A stretch of 61,370 nt of DNA, the filler included, from Choristocarpus tenellus KU-1152 (lineage: Eukaryota > Protista > Phaeophyceae): assembly GCA_964200185.2 (NCBI GenBank). It is 9 parts of 9 records of this genome, joined end to end, with 100 filler letters (N's around TTAATTAATTAA, not from the genome) between each part and the next. Parts side by side here need not be neighbours in the genome. Positions count along the whole stretch, not along the records: positions 22,029 to 26,001 come from CAXNAD020016845.1; positions 26,102 to 29,113 come from CAXNAD020022950.1; positions 29,214 to 35,135 come from CAXNAD020009408.1; positions 35,236 to 41,693 come from CAXNAD020008101.1; 5 more parts are not named here. The stretch is one strand, 5' to 3'. Shown piece after piece: positions 25,554 to 36,258 of this stretch (its first letter is position 1; each line of letters begins with the position of its first letter). Made by a program: the position numbers and the translations under genes. The notes beneath the pieces are model-generated. The model ran no database searches. It was not told where the DNA came from and worked only from the letters and a program-made list of their open reading frames with translations.

Positions 25554-25964
25554 GTGAGTACCAAGGATCGTCCCCTATCCCTCCAAACAGTTTTAGTGCA
25601 ATTGTAGAGCCACAAACAGAAAGTGTTGGCATAGACAAACAGCACACTCCAATTGTGTTGTATGCTTGAAAAATCATAATTCTTCCACAACATATTTCAA
25701 GCCGCCAACAGTTAAATTGTGTAGTGTGCCCTTACCTTAATTGGGCGGAGAAGGACCTGTGTCCAGGAACGTGTGGTGCACACATTAGGGGGCTTGTTTT
25801 ACTCAACGTTTCCCCGTCTAACACACAGCAGTGTTGCTGTGGTTGAGAGGGTGAACATGTTGTCTTTTTTGTTCGTAGGTTGGAAAGGTGGAGATAATGG
25901 GAATGAACCCGTCCCGCCAACCTGGTTGAACTGAACCCCTCTTGAGGATATAACAGATGCCAAG

Positions 25965-26001
25965 GAGTCAAAGTATCTTAGAGGGAAGGGCCTTGTCCAT
26001 T
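25965..26001. mobile_element. MITE family B end, cut by contig end
   Basis: GAGTCAAAGTATCTTAGAGGG. Confidence 0.8.
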
Positions 26002-26101
26002 NNNNNNNNNNNNNNNNNNNNNNNNNNNNNNNNNNNNNNNNNNNNTTAATTAATTAANNNNNNNNNNNNNNNNNNNNNNNNNNNNNNNNNNNNNNNNNNN
26101 N
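26002..26101. other. Artificial contig linker
   Basis: N44-TTAATTAATTAA-N44. Confidence 0.98.
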
Positions 26102-26173
26102 AAAAAACGCTTTTTAACCCAAACCGACCCCCCCTCACAAACCCCCCCCCCCCCCCCCAAGATACTTTGACCC
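26102..26173. mobile_element. MITE right end abutting the Copia relic
   Basis: Poly-C followed by AAGATACTTTGACCC. Confidence 0.75.
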
Positions 26174-27429
26174 TGAAGTGCAAGTTGTAGCATCATGGAC
26201 ACGTCCACCACATTTGGTGCAAATGAAGTTTGGGCAAGCTGTCTTCTCATGCCCATGCTTACCGCATCTCTCTCAAGGAATCTTCTCGGAACGTTTTGGA
26301 TTGGAATTAGAACCATTTTTCTTTCTTCCACCATTAAATTTACGTTCGGCCCCGCGACCTTGGCCGTTGCGATGAGACTGACTCTTCCCTTGTGATGAGC
26401 TGTTAACGACCAAAGCATGACTGTTCTTGTGTCTTGAGTCCTTGCCCTGATGAAGGGAAGCATATATCGCTCTCTAGCAGTTTTCTCTACATCTGCTCGA
26501 CACAGTGTTTTCTGCGAGGCCATCATGCGTATCTCGGTATCGTAATCTGATCCGAGAGCACTCAGGAACTGTAGGAGCAGCAGCTTGTCCGAAATCACCA
26601 GGTCCGTTGATAGCATCCTCCCCCGTTGCTCTTCCAGGTGGTTTAAGGTCAGGATCGGATTCGCCCCCTTCTCCACCTTTGAAGTGAAAAACTCACGGAA
26701 CAAGTGTTGGCTATTACCCACTGTATTGGGTATGAACCAATCATCTATTGCTCGGAAAAGCTCGCTCGGGCTTTGGTGCGTATAGCACTGTGCCCTGGTA
26801 GTGGGTGCAACGAGAGCAACAGTAAGTGCATGTTAGGCATCTTCACCCATCCAGATATCATTCGCACTGAAGCCGTCCGAGAGAAGTTCCTCGTAGGATC
26901 GTTCTTGATTGACTGGTCTTTCGCTTGTCAACGCATCCAAGCAGTGAGTATATCTGCAATGCACGATGAAACGCCTCCGCCAGTCCCGGTAGTCCGAGTC
27001 GCCCAATAGTCTTGGTCGTTGGGTTCTTGATCTCTCTTTGTCGTAGGGCGAACAATATGTGGGCCTGACCCCAAGCTCTCCGAAGAACCAGACCTCCGGC
27101 TCGCCCCTCTTCTGATGCTCGCAGCATCCAAACTGTTTCCCCTCTCTGGAAATTCGCCCTCATCATGGGTTCCATAGGACCCACTTCGACTGGTACGCCC
27201 CCAGCTGGAGGCCGTGTGCTGGGCACAGCGGCCTGGACGACAGGATGATTTCTGTCACCGACTCTTTCAGACTGAACCATGAGATTGCCAACGTTTCTTG
27301 ACAACTCCGTTACCGTCGCCATAAGCTGTCGGAATTCTTGGACAGATGGGCCCTCGGAAGGAACAGGTTACCGCAATTCTTGAATCACATCTCCTTGTGT
27401 AGACATGATGATATGATGGGTTAGAAACC
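26174..27429 (-). mobile_element. Ty1/Copia-like gag relic (UBN2-like region and zinc knuckles)
   Basis: QHLFREFFTSKVEKGANP..LLLQFLSALGSDYDTEIRM..ERY, then CCHC-like ERCGKHGHEKTAC / CTKCGGRVHDATTC. Frameshifted. PBS-like GGTTTCTAACCCA next to the LTR. Confidence 0.75.
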
Positions 27430-27439
27430 NNNNNNNNNN

Positions 27440-27704
27440 TGTTAAATTATCCCCAAAATCATCAAAGAGGATAAAGGTGAAAAATCCAGCGAGATTGCTT
27501 GGTGTCTGTAGAGTGATTGATAAAATTTATGTGGGGCATGCAACACTCCATAACAACGGAAATATTACCTTTTATATGGGAAGTTTGTCATAAACTAATC
27601 ACTAGTAAAAGGTGCTGATAACTCAACCACTAATTGATTGTTCCGTTACTCTATACATATTTTACTGTGACTGTCCGATAGAGTTGGAAGAGTCTAATCG
27701 AACA
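27440..27704 (-). repeat. Putative 5' LTR of the Copia-like element
   Basis: 265-bp AT-rich segment bounded by TGTT...AACA, lying directly upstream (minus sense) of the PBS-like motif and gag, across a 10-N gap. Confidence 0.6.
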
Positions 27705-29060
27705 TGCAGTGGGGCTAGTTCTTGGTCACGATCCTTCGCATCCACTGATCGTCCCATCTGAAGTATAGTCCCTTGCCCTTGACTCTGGCATTGAGTGTTT
27801 CTCCCTCATCTAAATCTGGCACATAACTCAGTGTTGGTTCAAGGAATATATATTTCTATGTATCCTTCTCCATGTCCCTGCGCTTCCACTGGCGGTCAAC
27901 AATCGACCGACGGCGTTGTCAGACACACAGGGCTGCAGCTTCGTCACTGTCCCTCTAGCAATTATCTCGAAGTTGATTGGCACCCTCCTCGATCTCATCC
28001 TCTGTCATGTACGACCCCAGTTGAGGGGGCAAAGATTTTTTTCCATCGTCCGGGAGGTAGGACACTGAGTAAATGTACGCCCCTGGTTGCCTTGATTGTA
28101 TCCACTAGGGATGAGGTTCCTGGCATGCGCACCCCGTGGAGTTCCAGTCTCCTGGCAGCAGACTTCACCACAGTACCGACTCTATCAGAAAAGGACTTGC
28201 CGTGACAGAAGGCAAAGAAGTTGTGTACTACGGAAGTTCCCATCCGCATTAAAGACTGAGAAACCCAAAACATCTGCCATCTGTTCTTGAACTGACTCCC
28301 GCAGCCACCGGACCAGATGTGGAGGACCTCTAGGGTCTGTCCATATTCACTGGCTAGGGGTATTAGGTTGTCTTTTCACAAACATCTCCACAGCGTTCTG
28401 GGCGAACTCGTTGTCTTCGCTTCGGTCTTCACTGCACACTGTCATGCGGTGAGCCCAAACCCTTCCCTTCCCAAGATTTCTCTCTCCTCTGAAATCCCTC
28501 AACCACCAGAAAATGGTCAGAAGCGCCGTAAGGAATAGATTGAAGAACTGTTGTTGTGTCAAGTTTTGGTAGTTGAGTTGCAGGTGGGCGCTGAAGTCCA
28601 TGGACATGGAGGCGCGTCCTTTGGGGACGCGGGATTTGCAGTGTTTGTATTGTTGCGCCTGCCAAACGGTGGTGTTGTGATGAAGGAAGAAGCTCTTGTC
28701 GAAGTTTGCAAGTATGACGTTTAGGAGTGTAGGGAATCCCTCCGTCCTTGGAAACAACACCTGTATTGAATGGGCCAGGTGGTCGCGTTTCGAGCGTTGT
28801 TGCTGGTGATAGGTCGTGGTGATTCAGGCTAAATTCAATGTGCACTGTATTATTTCTCGAAGGAAAATGTCGCTCACCTTTCGCCTCCGGCTGTGCTTGT
28901 CCATAGACCCTGTGGCGTCTTCGTCGTCGTTCCCCTCGGTCCTGTTCCTTCTGAAGTCGGGGGCGAGACTCTCAAACCATGCACTTAGCGACAACCAAAT
29001 CGTCGGTCATGAGATTGTCCACCCTCAGCTCTGCATATTTTGCCTTGATCATCTTGATCA
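27705..29060 (-). pseudogene. Decayed Sola2-type DDD transposase
   Basis: Motifs in order: HH..VWQ..QY, SMDFS, VCSED, HIWSGGCGSQFKN and HNFFAFCHGKSFSDRVGTVVKS. This matches the Sola2 pattern DF / SDG..QYKN / FF..HGKG..DG.GG..K. Frameshift near 28370; second Asp replaced by Gly. Confidence 0.75.
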
Positions 29061-29113
29061 GACCCAAAGTATCTGAGAGGGGGGGGGGGGGCTACACCAG
29101 GGTGGCCATTTGG
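29061..29113. mobile_element. MITE family A left end, cut by contig end
   Basis: GACCCAAAGTATCTGAGAGGGG...CTACACCAGGGTG. Confidence 0.85.
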
Positions 29114-29213
29114 NNNNNNNNNNNNNNNNNNNNNNNNNNNNNNNNNNNNNNNNNNNNTTAATTAATTAANNNNNNNNNNNNNNNNNNNNNNNNNNNNNNN
29201 NNNNNNNNNNNNN
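29114..29213. other. Artificial contig linker
   Basis: N44-TTAATTAATTAA-N44. Confidence 0.98.
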
Positions 29214-29802
29214 CTGCCCCAGGGGAGGAGGACAGTTTCGACAGCACACACCAATAATGAAACGCCTATGCCAACTACGCAAGGGAATGGGCATCCCTTG
29301 CACTGCGGAGGATGGCAGCCCCTTCACGGTAAACAGAAATCTTCGCATGGATCTAGTTTTCCATGCAGGGGCACTGGCGGACGCTGGAACAGGTCCCTAC
29401 CAGGGCAAAGGCCTTCTGCCAGATGTGACAATTGCAGAAGTGCAGGCCACCTCCCATCTTGCACTCTCATCCACCAGCAATGGTGTAGCTGCTGCTGCAG
29501 CCGAGATGCAAAAGCGCACCCACTATGAGGGCCCTTCTGATCCTCGTAGTTATAACCTCAACACCTTCGGGGTGGAATGTTTTGGGCGCCTTGGCAAGCA
29601 AGCGGAATGCTTCCTGGATGAGCTGGCTACACACAAGGTTGGGGGGAAAAGAGCTGGTGGATATAGCAGGAAAGGAGCGGTTAAATCCCGGCTATGCCAA
29701 ATTGTCTCAGTAACTAGCAAGTGGCACTGTCGATATGTGTAATGCGTTTTATAGCTGGAAGATGGGCACGGAGGGGTTTGTTGGATTCTTGGGATGCCCC
29801 CC
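29214..29802 (+). mobile_element. 3' end of a non-LTR retrotransposon with restriction-like endonuclease (CRE/R2-type)
   Basis: CPRGGGQFRQH (knuckle end), RMDLV, DVTI, AAAAAEMQKRTHY and FGVECFGRLGKQAECFLDELA, the PD-(D/E)xK REL signature of CRE-clade elements. Confidence 0.8.
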
Positions 29803-29862
29803 TAGGGTTAGGTTAGGGTTAGACTAGGTTAGGGTTAGGGTTAGGGTTAGGGTTAGGGTTAG
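29803..29862 (+). repeat. Interstitial (TTAGGG)n tract
   Basis: About 10 units, the first few degenerate. Confidence 0.9.
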
Positions 29863-30231
29863 TAGTTACTACTGTAATCATATTAGCAAGTAGGAGTGTT
29901 TATATATTTATAGAACCTGAGTTTCTCCCTAGTACAACGTACACTGTTTATGCATGAGGTATGTACTGTAACGTAGTACTTCCAAGTATGTGGTATGTAG
30001 TAGAATGAATAGATAAACAGTGTACTTCTCGCACTTTTGGGCAGGCTCCAAGATACCAAGCCAATTCGAGATCAACCCCACATGCCTTGGTAAACACGAA
30101 GCTCGAGAGATTGATTTGCTTGCTTTTGCATCTCTTTTGGGAGGTTAGGTGGATTAATGAAGGACAGGGAAGTCCAGCACGTCCAACCTTGGTGTGCGAA
30201 GTTCTCTCCTTCTTCGGCGAAAAGTATGGAT

Positions 30232-30490
30232 GAGTGAAAGTATCTTAGAGGGTACGAGTTTTGCCTTGTTTGTCCATTTGGGGCTTGGCTTCTCATGAGT
30301 TCTTTAGTGATATTTTCCTACTCAAAAATGTTTAGGAGTAGGTAAAGTGTGCATGTTAGGAAAAGGTGTGTCAGGAACATGGATATTGACACTTCCTAAC
30401 AAAAGCGATAGCCAAAATTATATCATAATCGCAACATCCGACTTTGGCCCCCAAATGGACGCGGCTCTACCCTCTAAGATACTTTGGCTC
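30232..30490. mobile_element. MITE family B (259 bp), complete copy
   Basis: TIRs GAGTGAAAGTATCTTAGAGGGT / ACCCTCTAAGATACTTTGGCTC; TSD GGAT on both sides. Confidence 0.92.
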
Positions 30491-30643
30491 GGATGGGGCT
30501 TCACTATGATGAAAGAGCTAATCGTTCAGGGTCATCCTAACTTAGAGGGGGGTGTTGTTGAATGTCAGGGGTTCTTTTGTGACTACCCTCTGGCACATTT
30601 GCTTCCAGCAATGTGTAGATCAAGTTTGCACCGATGTGGACAA

Positions 30644-30818
30644 GAATCAAAAGTATCTGGGGGGGGGGGAGGGGTCTACACCAGGGTGTCTTTGGGCACT
30701 GACCAGGAAAAGTGCACTTACATTATCCATCCGATACATGCAACCAAATCACCAACAAATTGCGACAAGGGAAAATGGACCCCAAATGGGCAGCTGACCC
30801 CCCCAGATACTTTGAGCC
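30644..30818. mobile_element. MITE family A (175 bp), complete copy
   Basis: AAAGTATCTGGGG...CCCCAGATACTTTGAGCC; TSD ACAA on both sides. Confidence 0.9.
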
Positions 30819-32269
30819 ACAAATAGTTGTTTCTCTTCTACAATGAGTGAAACCATCTGATAGATAGGCAGGGTTACATTTTTAGGATCCCAAGAAAGGG
30901 CAGAAATATGCCATTTTGAACAATTACAGAAAGTGCAATTGCTGAATTGTGGTGCCACTTTGTATGAGGAAAGGGGGGATATCAATATTGCCTATGCTAT
31001 TGCGCACATAAAGCAATGGAATAGAGTGTATTGCACAGAGCAAGCAAAAAGATAGCTTAGAATGCAAAAGGGTCCAAACCTGCCTACCTCTCAATTGGTT
31101 TGGCTCGATTCCATCCTCCTACCTAAAATAGGAGGTTCGCTGGATTTCAAACATGCCAATGGAGTGTTAGGCAGAAGGTTGAAAAAATCCAACACTCTAA
31201 ATGGGCCTAATTTTACTCTCTCAAAAAGACAGGATAGCTACCATCACTCGCAAAAGTTATGTTCAATGTTTCCCAAATGTGGAGTCCTCTGCAAAGACGA
31301 ACAAAAAGAGGTACGTAATGTGTACACTCCACAAGCACGTGAGTGTGGGATGGGAGCTGGTAGAAGGGGCTAGAATGCCCTTCCTTCATATTGTTTGTTT
31401 CTTCATTGAATCAGGAGGAGATATTCTTAGATACCTCCAGGCAACAAGTTCTGAGAGCTAGTTCAATCTGGTATAGACAAGAGCGTTGGCATAAATGATA
31501 CTTCTACCCAGCTCTTCTTTCCTTTCCTACTACAACAAAGCTGTCATTTTCACGGTTCATTGTCGTTGTTACTATAGGAGGATCCGGACGAAATGTGTAA
31601 AGCAATTGCCCAGGATACCTCCTGGCAACTGTCATGTTGCTAACATAGCCAAGCCTAGCACAAGTAGGGTAAAATAAGAGGAATATAGGGCGAATAATCG
31701 ACATACAACAACACACAGAACAACAAGACGCTACATGATACTCTGAATTGAATCATTAGTATACATTGCAAATATACAGCAAACTGAGGCACACAGGTTA
31801 GTGCAATTGAAGTCGCACTTTGCCCACCCCCACCCCACTTCCGCCTCAAATTGACGCATGTCGATATTTCTTGTATTGAGAGGCAGCAGCTGGCACTGAC
31901 TTTACGATATGATGCGCTTCTGTGTGTGCGGATCTGAGACGTAGGTAGGCGGACATGGTCCACTAGCTTGGTCCAGAGGAGGTGTGTATGTTGAAACACT
32001 AGTTCGTTAGGTGGATAAGAGTGTGTTGCATTCAAAATGAACATCACGTATGTGTCCATTTAAGAGCAAGCAGGTAAGTGGTTGTAAGGTGTTTGTTGGA
32101 CTTCCAGAGGGCTTCTTAACCAGTTCCTGCCATCAATTTTCTTCTTGCAATGAATAGTGAAGATTCGATTACTTTGCTACGTACAAAACAATTCTATCTT
32201 AGAAAGAAGTTCATTTGACCCTTTTGAATGTTAAAGGAATCCTTAAACCTTCTCCCCTCACTCCCTTAC

Positions 32270-32953
32270 CAGAAATACATAGTCCTGCCCATGAGGAGGC
32301 TGCGGCTGTAGAAGAGAAGACGAACATTCCTCCACATAAGCGAAAAATCGTCTCCAGAGTGCCAAAAGCACGCGTATGCATCGAAAGACAGTAAAAGGGT
32401 CTCCAAATATTTGATGACACCCTCCTCTAGGTCAGGATGTAGCATGGGTCACACCATGGTGCCCTTGAAGCTTCATAGCAAGTGTTTCTTTTGTGGTGGG
32501 TGGTCGATAGTAAGGATATTCTGTACAGATAACGCTCTGGCATTAGTTGCTGTAATCCTACAAGATGATGACGTGTAAGAGTGTATCGTCACTATTTTAC
32601 TATTCACGAGAGCATGACCTTCCTGCAACGTCAGTCCGGTTTTCCAGGAAAGTAGGGCACCCCACGCCGCTTCATTCCCCTCCAGGCCGCTCTTCCCGAC
32701 CAACTCCATCTCGACCAAACACATCAGGCCATCCACCAGCAATAACAGCAATACGCGCCACGGATACTCTACTTCTCGGTGTAGTCGGTTCTTTCCAATT
32801 TGATTCCAACTGGACTGACAAGGAGATGTTCAGAGGAATCTAACAACATTTTCGAAACAGGAAAAGAAAAGTTTTTTGAGGGCCGACGTCTACCACGTTG
32901 TACTTCGTCGTATCTATCACCAGCTCAAGAACCGTGGAGCTCCATGTCTTCAT
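32270..32953 (-). CDS. 5' exons of an unknown gene, divergent from the KHA-domain gene
   Basis: Phase-compatible chain MKTWSSTVLELVIDTTKYNV | SSWNQIG..LLLLLVDGL..TLQE | EGVIKYLETLL..; no family recognised. Confidence 0.35.
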
Positions 32954-33119
32954 GGGCAAGAGGTGCAATTGTGTCTGACGTTTTATGTGCCTATATTTGT
33001 GTTATATTTGAAGGTGTTACAATATAGGAACCTAAAGGGGTTTTATAACACCTCGCATGGCTATGACCCCGTAACCGCCTCAGGTTCAGAGTGGTAGTGT
33101 CATATACATACCCCTTTGT

Positions 33120-34227
33120 ATGATGGACGATGCCGATGTCTTCGGCGACATTAGTCGCATGCACCAAAAGCAAATTACAGTACATGGGGATGAAGATGCC
33201 GGGGGTGGCCGTACTCTCTATGTTGAGCCGGACTGGAATACCGACGATCTCCTACACGCAATTGGGCAGCGACTCGGACTAGCCTCTACGCCAAAACGAA
33301 TCTTCAACTCTGATGGTAAACTCGCTGATAGAAGAAATGGTTGAGGGACATTATTTGAATATCCGACACCCTCATCTTTCTTGGAGTTTCTTTCTCGAGG
33401 TGAAATGTCTAGAAAGGAATATATGAGGGCCAGAAGTTGTCTGGATTCTATCTATCTGGTGAACTTAGCCTGACGTTTTCGGGACAAATACAACCCAAGT
33501 CGAAGCCGCAGAAGGAACTTAATTTGAGCAGTATGGGCTAAGGCAGGTGGATTTAGGATATTGTTTGGATTGTTGTGGAGTGCTCCTGGGTATGTTGAGT
33601 AGGAGATCTTCAAGGGAAAGGCCATACGTGTGGGAGCTGTGACCGCCTGCCATTGGTTAGCGATGGGGGTGTAGGGTAATGAAACTTGACACTAGGCAAC
33701 TTCGCACAGAGTGTCCATTTCCTTCAATCTTTAGGAAAGCGTTCTCTAGGTGGAAGTGGAGGTAGAGAAGGTTGCCTCACATGCCCGAATGAAATAACTC
33801 AGTAGTATTGGAACTTGCTTCGGACCACCTATCTTGGATTCGATATCATCTTTGCTGTGAGTGAGTCAGCACTGTTGCTTGTCAATCAGTCACAAAGAGC
33901 ACAGCAAGTAAGATATCTTACATCAACCATGCCTCATGTTCTCAGAGATCCCATTCCCAATCTCAGCGGAAGCCCAAACCTCGGACTAGACTCTTTGCCA
34001 TCTCAATAGCATGATTCCCTCCTCCTTTTATCGCCACACACTGTCACACTACAAAATGCTCCCAACCAGGTATGGAGATAGCGGATGTAATGATGATTGA
34101 AGACAAGGACATAATATTTGTCACACATGGAGAGGAGTTCGTATCACCGACACTTATGGAGGAAAATGGTTCTGGAGAATCTTGCCCCTCAGCCTCAGGG
34201 TTACCGGCGACTGTTGGCAGTTTCAAG
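33120..34227 (+). CDS. Protein with N-terminal KHA/DCX-like ubiquitin-fold domain; 3'-truncated
   Basis: Exons 33120-33315 and 34070-34227: DDLLHAIGQRLGL..KRIFNSDGMEIADVMMIEDKDIIFVTHGEEF. Confidence 0.7.
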
Positions 34228-35072
34228 GTATGTGAACGTAAACATGTATGCCTGTACGGGGTACCTTGACTCTCCTCAAAAAACAATAAAAGTACACACC
34301 CACTGTGTTTCACCAAAGGTGATTGCAAGTCGTCTTATGCTTGTCCAGTGCGAGCTGAAACAACTTGGCAGATTAATACCTGACCAAAGATGTTACTTCA
34401 AGCAGAGAGAGATTGAATGTGCTGTTGAAAAAAGTAACATGGCAAAAGGCATACAACCAACAGAGGAGTTCACAACGCATTAAGATCATATGTGGATCTT
34501 CAGCTGGATTTTACTGATTTGATTCAGTGTTATGCTAACACAATAAGAACACTTATAACAATTATATCTTGGAGAGAGGTCTGCTTTGGGCCGTTTGGGT
34601 ATTCCGGGTTTTTGAAAACTTCTGTCTGATACCCCATTCCGATTCCTGAAATACAACCACCCCCCCTCAGGAGTCTATGACTGTAGAAGGGAAGACCCAA
34701 CACTCACCTGCAGAATACAGATGTATACCTTCAGATTGCTAGAAGCATATGAACCAGAAGGTAGCCCATTGGATCCAAAACGCTCAAGGACACCCCCCTT
34801 CAGGAGGGGATGGATCCCTACTGCAGTTCTGAGGAAATAATATCCTAGTCATTGGCTAAGAAATTACCTGTATGCCAATTGAATAGTGATGAATGAAATG
34901 GGACCAACAAGATAAATATATATATATATATATATGAAGATTGTGAAAACAGGTCACACTATGTACCCTTTCAACGAAAAAAAAAATCAAGATGCTGAGC
35001 AGCAGCACTCTCAGTGTCTCAAGATACATGGCAGTAGCTCAAAGGACAACAAGCAGTTATCGATACCTTTTT

Positions 35073-35135
35073 GACTTAAAGTATCTGGGGGGGGGGGGGG
35101 TCTACACCAGGGCGTCCTTTTGGGCCCTGACCAGG
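35073..35135. mobile_element. MITE family A left end, cut by contig end
   Basis: GACTTAAAGTATCT, poly-G, TCTACACCAGGG...CCCTGACCAGG. Confidence 0.85.
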
Positions 35136-35235
35136 NNNNNNNNNNNNNNNNNNNNNNNNNNNNNNNNNNNNNNNNNNNNTTAATTAATTAANNNNNNNNN
35201 NNNNNNNNNNNNNNNNNNNNNNNNNNNNNNNNNNN
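35136..35235. other. Artificial contig linker
   Basis: N44-TTAATTAATTAA-N44. Confidence 0.98.
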
Positions 35236-35422
35236 GGCGGGGGGGGGGGGGGGGTGGGGGGGGGGAGGGGGATACATCAGTGTGTTCATTCAGGCCTTGA
35301 CCAGGAGAAGTGCACATACATTATCCATCCGACGTATATAACCAAATCATCCAAAAATCGTGACATGGAATAATGGGCACCAAATGGACAGCTGACCTCC
35401 CCCCCCCCAGGTACTTTGAGCC
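35236..35422. mobile_element. MITE family A, left TIR missing at contig start
   Basis: Interior matches the 30644 copy; ends CCCAGGTACTTTGAGCC. Confidence 0.85.
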
Positions 35423-36258
35423 ACAACACAAAAAGAATTCTCTGTAATGGTCTCTGAATCACAGCCCATGTTCCGTGTAAGCGAGAGGAAGTAGAGCTTC
35501 TGGTGAGGGCCCAATACCTTCTTAACACTCTGGGGCAAAGGATACTTGAAAGAGCACTGTGATCAGCACCACACCGGCACCCTAAGAAATTCGCTTTAGG
35601 AGTAATTTTGGTATACTCCCTTTCAGTCCCTGCTCAACTCACAGCCACACCCGATCCTCCACTGACCTGTCTACAACCACACCTCCATAGAGGAAGAAAT
35701 TGAAGTCCTCTTGTGGAACCTTCTTCTCTTGCGCCAAGATGCGGAAGCACAGCTAAGAGGAGGTGACATCAATGAGAGCATGAAACGCAGAGGAGCAGAT
35801 GGGAATTTCTCAAGCAATTACCATTTGATCTACCTGGTAGCACTCTAGATTAATACCGCGGATTATGTAAAGGTTATAAATGTACTGCTATCCCTCATGT
35901 CCTCTCATTTAACATGTGAACACCAGAAGTCACATTGCGGAAGTATCAAATAGTTGCTTGTTTTAGGTTGACTTTCTCTTGAGATTGCCAATTGTAGTTT
36001 TAGGATTCTGGGATACATATCGAGACAGAAATGTCAATAGTTCTACCTTCCAGTGTAGTGTAGTGTACAGTCCTCCTCACTACAACTTTAGTACCCAGTC
36101 CTCATCTTTATTACCCTTCCTCTTCTACTCAATGTATTGATTGTATGCATGTCTGTATATTCTGTGCCAATGGCAGATATGGAAAGAAGAGATGAAGGAA
36201 AGTGAAAAGTGTTGAGAAATGGCGTGGTGAGGGCTTTTAAGTTCTATCTGATGCTTAC

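Noticed and set aside
29803-29862. True chromosome end
   Set aside because: More than 5 kb of ordinary sequence with genes follows on the same contig.
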